A stretch of DNA of 31,768 nt from Fibrobacteria bacterium (lineage in GTDB: Bacteria; Fibrobacterota; Fibrobacteria; UBA11236), in assembly GCA_041746255.1 (NCBI GenBank), contig JBGTHM010000084.1, positions 1-31,768 on the forward strand. The letters are read 5' to 3'. The translations under genes were made by a program, and so were the position numbers. Shown here in pieces: positions 1 to 8,927 of the stretch (the first letter of the stretch is position 1; the number at the start of each line of letters is the position of its first letter). The notes below the pieces were generated by a model. The model was not told the origin of the DNA. It saw nothing but the letters and a program-made list of their open reading frames with translations, and made no database searches.

Positions 1-3000
1 CGGCCAGCAAAGCCGGTTTCTTGGCATGGGCTTCGGCGAAGTAGCCGGCTGCCTTCCCCGGATTTCTTTCACCATGGCCACGAGCCACCATAACCAGCAA
101 CTCCGCGCTGGCATCGGGTTTACGCGCCAACTTTTCCAGCAAATCCAGGTGGCGAATCACCTGGTCTTCACTGACGATAACAGCAGGAAGCAGCGCCTCG
201 TATTCGGAATTTCCGGGTGCATTGGAAATAGCCTTGGCCAGGTAGTCGTAGGCATTATTCCTGTCTCCGGCCGCAAGATAATCCTTGGACAACAGGAATT
301 GCACATCGTGCGCCTTCGGATTGGCGCGCTCTGTAGTGATAAGCACATCACGCAACTCCGACTTCTTTCCCTGCTTTTGCAGAAGGGATATCAGTTTCGT
401 TCGCACGGCGACATCCTTGCCGTCCAACTCAAAGGCGCGGCCATAGGCCTCGGTCGCCTTCGCAACATCTCCCTTGGCGTCGTAGGCGGCGGCGAGTTTG
501 AGAATCAAGGCCCGGTCGCGCCCATCGGACTCCAAGGCGATTTCATGGTACTTCAATGCCAGCGGCGCTTGTCCCAAACGTTCAAACAATCCGGCAAGAT
601 GCATATTGTATGCTTTATCCCCCTTGCGACTCGGGGCCAATTCCTCAAAGATTTTGGCGGCATCTGCGGTCCTGCCGCTTTTTTCGTAATTGCGCGCCAA
701 CTCAAGCCGGGCGCCTTCATCTCCGGGGTTTACGGCAACGTAACGTGCATGATACTCCAACCCCTTGGGGTTTTGCGGTCCCAGTAGATCAGATAATTCC
801 TTCAGCAAATCGGCGTCTTTGGGCGTTTTCGCCAACTTCATTTCCAATCGGGGGATCAGTTTTTCCTTTTGCAGCGGATTACGGAAGAAGGCAATGAGAA
901 ATTCCAGGGCTTCTTCGCTGTCCGAATGTTTGATAAGGTATCGTTCATATTCCTGAGCGGCAGCCGAGCGCTGTTTGGCCTCAATTAGCGACCGGATGTA
1001 CTTATCCCAATCGGAGCGGTTATCCGCCAAATTGGGAACTTTTTTGAAGGCCGGAACCGCTTTGTCGAACTGATTGGTTTCGTATAAGCTCAAGGCCAAC
1101 ATGCGACTTGAAGCCAAACTATGGCTGGGGAGCTTTTGCAATACTGATGCCGCCCGTCCGAAATCGCCCTTGCGAAAATAGATTACGCCTTCCGCCTCTC
1201 GAAGCCTGTCACCACTATCTTTTTTCTGCCTGCTTAGGACCTCCTCAAGAAAAGCGCTGGTATCGATGTCGGCTTGAGTACCAGCGATAACCGCGCTGAT
1301 ACGCCGCTGGAATTCCCTTTCGGCCTCTGCTTTGGCCCTGCGGTCTGCCTCGATAGCCTCCAAACTGTCGGTGCGGGCTTTGGCCCTGCGCTCCGCCTCC
1401 TCCCGCGCCAATTTCGCCGCCTCTACCCGGGCGATGGAATCCGCAGTGATTTTCGCGCGGCGATCCCTTTCCGCCTGCGCTATGGAATCGGCACGGACTT
1501 TCGCCTTCAGTTCCCTCTCCTCCTTGGCAATACGTTCAGCCTCGGCGCGAACCGCTGCTTCCGCTTTGGCCTTCGCTTCAGCTTCCACCTTGGCTCTCGC
1601 ATCCGCTTCCGCCTTAGCCTTCGCTTCTGCTTCCGCCTTAGCCTTACGCTCAGCTTCGAGAACGGCCAAACTGTCGGCGCGGGCTTTAGCCTTACGTTCC
1701 GCCTCCTCCCGCTCCAATTTCGCCGCCTCTACCCGGGCGATGGAATCCGCAGTGATTTTCGCGCGACGATCCCTTTCCGCCTGCGCTATGGAATCGGCAC
1801 GGACCTTTGCCTGCCGCTCCCTCTCCTCCTTAACCATACGTTCAGCCTCGGCGCGAGCCGCTGCTTCCGCTTTGGCCTTCGCTTCCGCTTCCACCTTGGC
1901 TCTCGCATCTGCTTCCGCCTTGGCTCTCGCATCTGCTTCCGCCTTCGCCTTCGCTTCTGCTTCCGCCTTGGCCTTTGCCTCTGCTTCAGCCTTAGCCTTT
2001 GCTTCCGCATCCATCTTGGACTTCGCATCTGCATCCGCTTTGGCCTTCGCATCGGCTTCCGCCTTGGCTTTCACCTCTGCTGCCATCTTAGCCTTTGCGT
2101 CCGCTTCAGCCTTAACCTTCGCCTCTGCATCCATCTTGGCCTTTGCCTCTGCTTCAGCCTTGGTCTTCGCATCGGCTTCCGTCTTGGCCTTGGCCTCTGC
2201 TTCTGCATCCGCTATGGACTTCGCTTCCGCTTCCATCTTAGCCTTTGCCTCTGCTTCCGCTTTGGACTTCGCTTCCGCTTCCATCTTGGCCTTTGCCTCT
2301 GCTTCAGCCTTAGCCTTCGCCTCTGCATCCATCTTGGACTTCGCCTCTGCTTCAGCCTTAGCCTTTGCTTCCGCATCCGTCTTAGCCTTCGCATCCGCTT
2401 CAGCCTTGGCCTTAGCCTCTACTTCCGCCTTGGCTTTCACCTCTGCTGCCATCTTAGCCTTCGCCTCTGCATCCGCCTTAGCCTTCGCTTCTGCATCCAC
2501 TATGGACTTCGCTTCCGCTTCCATCTTGGCCTTTGCCTCTGCTTCAGCCTTAGCCTTTGCTTCCGCATCCATCTTGGACTTCGCCTCTGCATCCGTCTTA
2601 GCCTTCGCCTCTGCATCCGCCTTGGCCTTCGCTTCAACATCCATCTTGGACTTCGCATCCGCTTCCGCCTTGGCCTTCCCATCCGCTTCCGCCTTGGCGG
2701 CAATGGCAACTGCAGGATCGGGAATAGTTTCACTCGGCGCTGGAGTTACCGCTACCGTACCGGACTGCTTCGGTGGTTCCGTAGTTTTGAGTTCCGCCGC
2801 CCGCTTTTGGAATTTTGCTCTTTCCGGAGCCGAATTCGTGAATAACGCCGCCTTCTCATAAGCATCCTTCGCGCCCTGCGCATCGGTTTTTTCCAGTGCC
2901 TCGGCGAGACCGGCCCAATGCTCCCAAGACTCGTCCTGCACTTCGAGTAATTCCCGGTAGATTTTCGCTGCTTTTTCCCGTTCTCCGGCTCGGAGATAAG

Positions 3001-3523
3001 CCCCCGCTAATTTGGAGTCGTAATCGAGGTTGGACGCGGACGCGAACCGCAAGTCCTCAAGCAATGCGATGTAATCGCCTCGATTCGCGTTAAGATCACC
3101 GGCCTCAAGTGCGGACAGGTATTTGATTCTGATAACGAGATCGTTTTTATTCAGCGCGTAAAGTTTTTTCAGCACAGGCAGTTGGGCCGACTTGTCATCC
3201 GAGTTTTCCAAAGCATTCAAATGCGAATTCAAAATGGCATAGTCGCCCGGCTTGATTTCGGACGCGCGACCGAACGCCTTTGCGGCCTGTTGAAACTCAC
3301 CCATCTCCAACCGGGCGTTTCCCAGCATAATCCAGGCTTCTACATAATCGCTTTTAGCCTCAACGGCCTTTTCCAAGAGCGTTATGGATTTCCCGACATC
3401 TCCCGATTCATATTGCTTGGAAGCCTGCTTATAGAGATCTGCGGCCTGGCCAGACTGACCCATCGACCCAGACGGCAGTGAGAGAAGAATGAGAATTGCT
3501 CCCAGAATCAAGGTAGGGTTCAT
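1..3523 (-). CDS. Large secreted TPR-repeat protein with an internal TolA-like Ala/Lys/Glu-rich helical repeat region (3' end runs off the window; >=1,174 codons)
   Basis: Hand translation from ATG at 3523 gives [22 protein letters not shown] (signal-peptide-like), then TPR-like helices ([65 protein letters not shown]), a Pro-rich linker, the AKAEAEAK repeats and more TPR-like sequence to the edge ([19 protein letters not shown]). No in-frame stop was found in the parts read. The + ORFs 26..787, 1274..2845 and 3182..3481 are antisense shadows in the same codon register. The ORF track omits it, consistent with no stop inside the window. Confidence 0.9.
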   Translation of the reverse strand, partial: MNPTLILGAILILLSLPSGSMGQSGQAADLYKQASKQYESGDVGKSITLLEKAVEAKSDYVEAWIMLGNARLEMGEFQQAAKAFGRASEIKPGDYAILNSHLNALENSDDKSAQLPVLKKLYALNKNDLVIRIKYLSALEAGDLNANRGDYIALLEDLRFASASNLDYDSKLAGAYLRAGEREKAAKIYRELLEVQDESWEHWAGLAEALEKTDAQGAKDAYEKAALFTNSAPERAKFQKRAAELKTTEPPKQSGTVAVTPAPSETIPDPAVAIAAKAEADGKAKAEADAKSKMDVEAKAKADAEAKAKTDAEAKSKMDAEAKAKAEAEAKAKMEAEAKSIVDAEAKAKADAEAKAKMAAEVKAKAEVEAKAKAEADAKAKTDAEAKAKAEAEAKSKMDAEAKAKAEAEAKAKMEAEAKSKAEAEAKAKMEAEAKSIADAEAEAKAKTEADAKTKAEAEAKAKMDAEAKVKAEADAKAKMAAEVKAKAEADAKAKADADAKSKMDAEAKAKAEAEAKAKAEAEAKAKAEADARAKAEADARAKVEAEAKAKAEAAARAEAERMVKEERERQAKVRADSIAQAERDRRAKITADSIARVEAAKLEREEAERKAKARADSLAVLEAERKAKAEAEAKAKAEADARAKVEAEAKAKAEAAVRAEAERIAKEERELKAKVRADSIAQAERDRRAKITADSIARVEAAKLAREEAERRAKARTDSLEAIEADRRAKAEAEREFQRRISAVIAGTQADIDTSAFLEEVLSRQKKDSGDRLREAEGVIYFRKGDFGRAASVLQKLPSHSLASSRMLALSLYETNQFDKAVPAFKKVPNLADNRSDWDKYIRSLIEAKQRSAAAQEYERYLIKHSDSEEALEFLIAFFRNPLQKEKLIPRLEMKLAKTPKDADLLKELSDLLGPQNPKGLEYHARYVAVNPGDEGARLELARNYEKSGRTADAAKIFEELAPSRKGDKAYNMHLAGLFERLGQAPLALKYHEIALESDGRDRALILKLAAAYDAKGDVAKATEAYGRAFELDGKDVAVRTKLISLLQKQGKKSELRDVLITTERANPKAHDVQFLLSKDYLAAGDRNNAYDYLAKAISNAPGNSEYEALLPAVIVSEDQVIRHLDLLEKLARKPDASAELLVMVARGHGERNPGKAAGYFAEAHAKKPALLA
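1361..1921. repeat. Intragenic direct duplication with a 306-bp (102-codon) period
   Basis: caaactgtcgg...ccaatttcgccgcctctacccgggcgatggaatccgcagtgattttcgcgcg...gctatggaatcggcacggac starts at 1361 and again at 1667; similarity continues for about 250 bp. Confidence 0.9.
1853..2698 (-). repeat. Degenerate 24-bp (8-aa) coding tandem repeat, about 35 units of (A/S)K(A/M)(E/D)AEAK
   Basis: Read directly: [56 protein letters not shown] and others, with occasional 2-aa phase slips. The unit count is approximate. Confidence 0.9.
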
Positions 3524-3801
3524 GGAAGCTCGAGATAGGATCGCTTTTAAAATAATGGACATTTATTTCACCTTTTACTTCGTGTAACCGTTTTACGGAT
3601 CGCTATGAATAAGCCGGAATACTGAATGGCAAGTCCAATATATTGATAATTGATTTGCCGGAAAAATTAAATTGATGTTAACAGAGATAAAACTAATGTA
3701 ATTCCACGCGTTTAGCAGGAGAATTATGGAGTTTTAAGCCACATCTCCGGTTGCGAAAGCCCAAGGAAAAACCCTTGCGCTAGCCTGATGCCGCGATTAT
3801 T

Positions 3802-4737
3802 CTAGGTCGTTTCCCAGGGAAATGCCAATACTTCGTGAAGCCCGTCAGTACCGGCCGCCAAAGCTATCAACCTGTCCAATCCCAATGCCACACCCGCGCA
3901 AGGCGGCATGGAAACGGACATTTCCCTTAAGAATTTTTCGTCCAGCGGCAGAAGGGGCTTATCCTCGAGTAAACGTCTGGAATTTTCGGCTTCGAAGCGG
4001 CTCCGATACTCGGATGCATCCAATAACTCTAGATAGGCGTTGCACAACTCTACCCCCCGGTAATACATCTCGAACCGATGGGCCGTTCCCTGGTTTTCGG
4101 CATCGAAAACGGCCAAGCAGGCCAATTCGGCCGGAAAGTTGTGTACGATCACCAGGACATTGGCGGGCAGAGTAGCTTCCACATAATTGCCCATGATGTA
4201 ATTGAGATAATCGGCCCTGGCGGTAAAGCGTGCCTCATCCCCCTTGTCGGCCAAGAAGGCGGCGCAATCCGGCACGGACACCCGCAAAGGATCGATCCCG
4301 GTAGCGGACCGGAAACAATCGGCGTAGGCGTACCGCGCCACAGGTATATCCCCCAGCAAGGTACGGCAAACACCCGCCACCTCCTCCATTAAATCGGTAA
4401 GGGAAAAACCTTTACGATACCATTCCAATAGGCTGAACTCAGGGTTATGCCAGCGTCCGGATTCGCCATTTCGAAAAACCTTGGAGATTTGGAAAATGTC
4501 GGGATAGCCTTGGCATAGCAGCCGTTTCATGTGGAATTCGGGTGAGGTTTGCAAGAATACATCTCTGCCCTGCGCCCTTTTCCCCGTGCCATCCGGGAAG
4601 AATCGGGTTGCGAAAACGTCGATATGGCAATCCAGGGAAATTCCGGCGGACAACACGGGAGTTTCCACTTCCAATACCCCTCGCTTGTGGAAATAAGCCC
4701 GTAGGGCGGACAGGCAATCGGCGCGAAAACGCGCCAT
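3802..4737 (-). CDS. epmA: EF-P lysine aminoacylase (EpmA/PoxA/GenX)
   Basis: 311 aa, catalytic domain of a class II LysRS without the anticodon-binding domain: EVETP, LQTSPE, FRNGESGRWHNPEF, GVALGLDRL. Directly downstream of efp. Confidence 0.95.
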   Translation of the reverse strand: MARFRADCLSALRAYFHKRGVLEVETPVLSAGISLDCHIDVFATRFFPDGTGKRAQGRDVFLQTSPEFHMKRLLCQGYPDIFQISKVFRNGESGRWHNPEFSLLEWYRKGFSLTDLMEEVAGVCRTLLGDIPVARYAYADCFRSATGIDPLRVSVPDCAAFLADKGDEARFTARADYLNYIMGNYVEATLPANVLVIVHNFPAELACLAVFDAENQGTAHRFEMYYRGVELCNAYLELLDASEYRSRFEAENSRRLLEDKPLLPLDEKFLREMSVSMPPCAGVALGLDRLIALAAGTDGLHEVLAFPWETT

Positions 4738-4745
4738 TTCCGGGG

Positions 4746-5312
4746 TTATTTGGCGCGCTCCACGTAGGCGCCGGTTCGGGTGTCGACTTTGACGCGCATA
4801 CCCTGATCGAGGAAGAGGGGAATATCGATTTCGGCGCCGGTTTCAACCGTCGCTTTTTTGGTCACACTGTTGGCGGTATCGCCTTTTACCGCAGGTTCGG
4901 TGTAGGTGATGGTCAGGTCCATGAAAATCGGGGGGGTAACGGAAATCGCCTTTTCGCCCCAGAAGGCAATTTCGCATTCGGTGCTTTCCAGCAGCCATTT
5001 CTCCGCGCCGTCCATGCCGTCCTTGGGAATCTCGACCTGCTCATAGGATTTGGTATCCATGAAAGTCCAGGTTTCGCCGTCGTTGTAGAGATATTGCATG
5101 GTGGTATAAGTGATGTCGGCTTCCTGAAAGGTGTCGCCGGACTTGAAAGTCTTTTCCAACTGGCGGCCCGTAAGCAGGTTTTTCAGCTTGACGCGGTTGA
5201 AGGCCTGGCCTTTTCCGGGCTTGACGAATTCGTTCTCGACGATTGCGCAGGGTTGGCCATCCAGTAAAATGCGCATTTTCTTCCGGAATTCATTTGTACT
5301 CACCATGCCCAT
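4746..5312 (-). CDS. efp: Translation elongation factor P (188 aa)
   Basis: VKPGKGQAF loop, YLYNDG, TEPAVKGDT and VDTRTGAYVER motifs. Start reassigned to ATG at 5312 because GGAGG lies 6 nt upstream; this makes the modifiable lysine residue 34. Confidence 0.97.
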   Translation of the reverse strand: MGMVSTNEFRKKMRILLDGQPCAIVENEFVKPGKGQAFNRVKLKNLLTGRQLEKTFKSGDTFQEADITYTTMQYLYNDGETWTFMDTKSYEQVEIPKDGMDGAEKWLLESTECEIAFWGEKAISVTPPIFMDLTITYTEPAVKGDTANSVTKKATVETGAEIDIPLFLDQGMRVKVDTRTGAYVERAK

Positions 5313-5438
5313 GCGAAACCTCCAATAGCCCAATTCGGTGCAAAAACGACCGAATAAGGCCGCTGCAAGACCGGTTAAATTTACATTATCAGGCGAATTC
5401 CTCAAAACCTCGCCGGAGAGTCGGACTCATTCGCTTCC

Positions 5439-6458
5439 ATGCCACTTCAGATCTACTCCGAAATCATGCCTGAAAAAGCCTGGCAACAAGACCTGGCTTC
5501 GGCTTGGCGCGACTCTCGCTCCTTGTGCCGTTTTCTGGAATTGGATAGCGAGTCTCCCCCCTACCCTTTGGCATTTAATACCCCTTTTCCCTTTTTGGTT
5601 ACCCAAAGCTTTGCCTTGCGGATGCGTCCCGCTGATTGGTTCGATCCCCTTCTTCTCCAGGTTTTACCCCGTGAAGAAGAAAAGACGGTTGTTCCGGGAT
5701 TCGTGCAAGACGCCGTTGGGGATGCGGCAGCGGAAGTGGTTCCCGGACTTTTACACAAGTATGGACAACGGGCATTGGCGGTGGTAACCGGAAATTGTGC
5801 GATTCATTGTCGCTATTGCTTCCGCCGGGAATTTCCCTATGCGGATTTGCCTAAGTCGGAAACACGCTGGAAAGCCGCCTGGGATTATTTACGGGGTAAT
5901 CCGGATATCAATGAGCTGATTCTCAGCGGGGGCGATCCGCTCTTTCTGGACAATGCGCGCTTGGAGCGCTTTTTACATCCCCTGGAAACCACACCCCATA
6001 TCCAAACTTTGCGGATCCATACGCGACTACCCATCGTATTGCCATCGCGGATAGAGAAGGGTTTGCTGGAGATTTTGTCGAAATTCCGGAAAAACAGTCA
6101 GGTTGTAATTGTGATCCATGCCAATCATGCAAATGAATTGCGCGAAGACGCCTCGGCAGCGTTAGGCCGTTTGCGACAAGCGGGGTGCCTCCTGTTTAAC
6201 CAGGCCGTTCTACTCAAGGGTGTAAACGATACGGTGGAGGCTCTGGAAAACCTATCGCGTTCACTTATACGCGAAGGCGTCGCGCCCTATTACCTGCACC
6301 AACTTGACCGCGTAACCGGTACGGCCCATTTCGAGGTTTCCGAAGCAATCGGCAAAAACCTGATGCGCCAATTGCGGGCCCGGCTTCCCGGCTATGCCCT
6401 GCCAAGTTGGGTGCGGGAGATTCCCGGAGAGGATTCCAAAACCCCGTTGGCTTTTTAA
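5439..6458 (+). CDS. epmB: EF-P beta-lysylation protein EpmB (KamA-family radical SAM lysine 2,3-aminomutase)
   Basis: CAIHCRYCFRR radical-SAM motif, ILSGGDPL, LRIHTRLP, NQAVLLKGVND, PYYLHQLD. Short YjeK-like length (339 aa) and divergent from efp. Confidence 0.93.
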   Translation: MPLQIYSEIMPEKAWQQDLASAWRDSRSLCRFLELDSESPPYPLAFNTPFPFLVTQSFALRMRPADWFDPLLLQVLPREEEKTVVPGFVQDAVGDAAAEVVPGLLHKYGQRALAVVTGNCAIHCRYCFRREFPYADLPKSETRWKAAWDYLRGNPDINELILSGGDPLFLDNARLERFLHPLETTPHIQTLRIHTRLPIVLPSRIEKGLLEILSKFRKNSQVVIVIHANHANELREDASAALGRLRQAGCLLFNQAVLLKGVNDTVEALENLSRSLIREGVAPYYLHQLDRVTGTAHFEVSEAIGKNLMRQLRARLPGYALPSWVREIPGEDSKTPLAF

Positions 6459-7285
6459 GGAAAAACATTCAGGAAAACCGCGAAATGATAAGAAGCTTTA
6501 TCGCGATAGCCCCATAAACTATGGCCGCCTTTGAGGCCCAAGTGCGTTTTCGGCGTGAGGCGGGTTTCCACCGATAAGCCCGGCACAATCCCTGCGCTGC
6601 GATCGGCCGCCGGGCCCTGCGCACCCCATAACGATTGCGATACCGAAACGCCTCGGCTCCAATAATATGATTTGTAATAACTGTATAGATAAAATTCTCC
6701 TTTGAGTCCGGGATGGAAACGCTTCCAGATTTTCACGGAGGGAGAGAGGCTGAAGGAGCCTCGTTTGGCTAGGCCATCGTCGAGGGAATAGCTTCCGTCC
6801 GCCTCCAGGGCGCCTCCCGCACCCGAGCCGAGTAAAGTGAGAGGGAGCCGCGCGGCCGTTCCCAGCACTAATTGCCGGTTACCCTGGCCTATCCAAGGAT
6901 CGCCATTCCGGGAATCGTAACCCGCCGGCAGCGAAAAGCCCAGCCGCGCATTATAGAGTCCCCACCTCTTGGATAGATAGGCGGTAAGGTCTCCCGGATC
7001 GATACGGTTTACACTTCCCTCCGGCAGGCTTTTCACCGTCCATTGCCACGGGAGGCCGATATGATATCCGTAACGCCCCAATCCTCCATAAAGGGATACC
7101 GCCAACAGTTTATTGAAGACGTACTTTTCAATTTCGCCTTCATAGGGTGAAATTTCAAATCCATCCAATTCACCATAGGCCGCCCAGCTTCCGCTGGAAA
7201 GGCTGATAAGCCCAAGTGAGGTTTTCTCTCCGATTTCCGGCATGCTGACAATGAGCAGCAAAAGTAAAAGCGATGGGAAGACCAT
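6455..7285 (-). CDS. Hypothetical secreted protein, possibly an outer-membrane beta-barrel
   Basis: Hydrophobic N-terminus (MVFPSLLLLLLIVS), Gly/aromatic-rich amphipathic strands, C-terminus YHFAVFLNVFP. Starts 16 nt after the Omp85 stop; its stop overlaps the convergent epmB stop (TTAA). Confidence 0.65.
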   Translation of the reverse strand: MVFPSLLLLLLIVSMPEIGEKTSLGLISLSSGSWAAYGELDGFEISPYEGEIEKYVFNKLLAVSLYGGLGRYGYHIGLPWQWTVKSLPEGSVNRIDPGDLTAYLSKRWGLYNARLGFSLPAGYDSRNGDPWIGQGNRQLVLGTAARLPLTLLGSGAGGALEADGSYSLDDGLAKRGSFSLSPSVKIWKRFHPGLKGEFYLYSYYKSYYWSRGVSVSQSLWGAQGPAADRSAGIVPGLSVETRLTPKTHLGLKGGHSLWGYRDKASYHFAVFLNVFP

Positions 7286-7301
7286 TACCCTGCGGTCCCA
7301 G

Positions 7302-8924
7302 TTAAAAAGAATTCAAGACGCGTAAATGCAGGTATCCGTTCCCAGGAGACCGTTGGGGATTCAAAGCATAACTGATGCCGAAATTCCATTCCTTTCCTCC
7401 CAAGTCCATGCCGAGGCCGTATCCCAGCACTTTTTGCCAGTAAACGCCCTCGTGTCCGGGCCGGTTTATCAGTCCGGGAACGGCGAATAACGTTACCGCC
7501 GTAGCGGCTCCCATCCAGTATTGCGCTTCCAGGTTTCCATAGAAATAAAGGTTGGTGGAGAAGGCATTCTCCGGGTATCCCCGCACTGTGTTGGCTCCCC
7601 CCAGTAAATGGCGGTCTCCCCGGTTCTCGCGTGCGCGCAAAGGCCAGTTCGCCCCTCCCACGAAACGCCCATGTCCCATGAAGCGGCCTCCCAGGTTTTG
7701 CCATACGGCGAGCGTTCCGGAACTTTTGGCGAAATAGCGGGAGGTATCGGCCTCGGTTCGGCGAATGGCGCGCAGGGTTTGCGAAAAACGATACCCACCC
7801 AAGGTTCTGGAGGCGCCGCGTCGAGCGTCGTATATAAACTCCACCCCGCTGGAAAATGCCCGGGAATCTTCGCCGCTTATGCGATCGCTATTGGATTGTC
7901 GTCCGAACAGGATGCGATAACGCGACCGGAAATCAAGATCGTGAAACAACCCCAGCTCCGTATCGATTTCGCTATAGACAGTATCCTGCAAAAGCAGGTT
8001 GAATTCGAACGTGGCTCCCAAAGGCAACAGTGGCAACCAGGGCTCCTGGTAGAAGAGGCTCACCTCCCTCTCGGGGCCGCCGCCGGGAGAGGAACGGGAA
8101 GCAAAGGTGAAATCGAGATCCCGGGCCGTTCCCAAGAGGTTGACTAATCGAATGTCGACGAATCCGGTCAATTGGTCGATATCTTCCCTTTCGGAATCGA
8201 AGCCAAGCAGTCCGTTGATATGGCTTCCCCGGTAATCCTGCAGCCGTAAGGCCGGATACAGGAGATTGCGCACGGAATCGCGATAAAGCGTAGCGCGATC
8301 GAGGCTTTCGAAATATCCCGTGCGTGCAAGTTTTTCCAATGCCAGGTTCACGCGGCTCTCGCTATAGGTTTCCCCGTATCGTAACAGCGACAGCCTATCG
8401 AGAACCTCAGGGCGCATACGGCTTCCCTCCGCACGAAATCCACCGAATTTGAACCCGGCGCCGCCGTGAACCTTCACCGAAACATCGATGGCCGCTTCAC
8501 CCTTGACCACCTTGAAGTCCATATCCGCCCGCGCGAAGGGATGCCCGGAATCCAGGAAATGTTCGCTGAAAACACGGCTCAGATTTTCCAGATTTTGGCG
8601 GGATGCCGTCTTGCCTATAAAAGCCCCTAAACGGGTTTCCCCAGGTTGCGACGTAAACTCGCCGGTTACCGTTACGGAATTGATACGGTAGAGAGAGCCC
8701 TTCACGATGTTTGCCGCTCCATCGCCTTCCAGATCTGAACTGTCTTCGACGGAGGCGGCGAGGTAACCTTCAGCCATGGCCTCGCTCAGAGCCGACCAAA
8801 CCGAATCGGGAGGAGGCGATTCTGGAGCCAAGGCCAGTACCGATGGGCAAAACCAAAATATGGCCAACAACGCCCGCAAGTAGGCTTTCCCGCGCCGAAA
8901 TCGCTTGCCTTCCCGTATTCGCAT
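7302..8924 (-). CDS. BamA/TamA-family (Omp85) outer-membrane protein with POTRA domains
   Basis: Signal peptide, POTRA-like segments (SGHPFA; YSESRVNLALEKLARTGYF), NLLGTAR at the barrel start, loop-6 motif LGGANTVRGY, and GYGLG plus C-terminal YLHLRVLNSF. At 540 aa it is TamA-sized. Confidence 0.85.
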   Translation of the reverse strand: MRIREGKRFRRGKAYLRALLAIFWFCPSVLALAPESPPPDSVWSALSEAMAEGYLAASVEDSSDLEGDGAANIVKGSLYRINSVTVTGEFTSQPGETRLGAFIGKTASRQNLENLSRVFSEHFLDSGHPFARADMDFKVVKGEAAIDVSVKVHGGAGFKFGGFRAEGSRMRPEVLDRLSLLRYGETYSESRVNLALEKLARTGYFESLDRATLYRDSVRNLLYPALRLQDYRGSHINGLLGFDSEREDIDQLTGFVDIRLVNLLGTARDLDFTFASRSSPGGGPEREVSLFYQEPWLPLLPLGATFEFNLLLQDTVYSEIDTELGLFHDLDFRSRYRILFGRQSNSDRISGEDSRAFSSGVEFIYDARRGASRTLGGYRFSQTLRAIRRTEADTSRYFAKSSGTLAVWQNLGGRFMGHGRFVGGANWPLRARENRGDRHLLGGANTVRGYPENAFSTNLYFYGNLEAQYWMGAATAVTLFAVPGLINRPGHEGVYWQKVLGYGLGMDLGGKEWNFGISYALNPQRSPGNGYLHLRVLNSF

Positions 8925-8927
8925 AAG

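Noticed and set aside
1853..2698. Periodic repeats as a CRISPR array or non-coding satellite
   Set aside because: No unique spacers; units are degenerate, in-frame and protein-coding; no cas genes.
1320..2700. Calling the repeat gene tolA
   Set aside because: The repeat is internal to a much larger TPR protein, and no tolQ/R/B or pal genes are in the window.
1274..2861. Two long + strand ORFs (523 aa Phe/Arg/Leu/Cys-rich; 509 aa Ala/Ser-rich)
   Set aside because: Antisense shadows of the AKAEAEAK repeat; the minus frame gives a coherent signal peptide plus TPR protein.
3779..3793. Minus-strand GG-N10-GC (CGGCATCAGGCTAGC) as a sigma54 promoter for the TPR gene
   Set aside because: Several mismatches to TGGCAC-N5-TTGC and about 250 bp from the start; compatible with chance.
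5313..5405. 31-aa N-terminal extension of EF-P in the ORF track
   Set aside because: A GGAGG site precedes ATG 5312, which gives the canonical length and Lys34.
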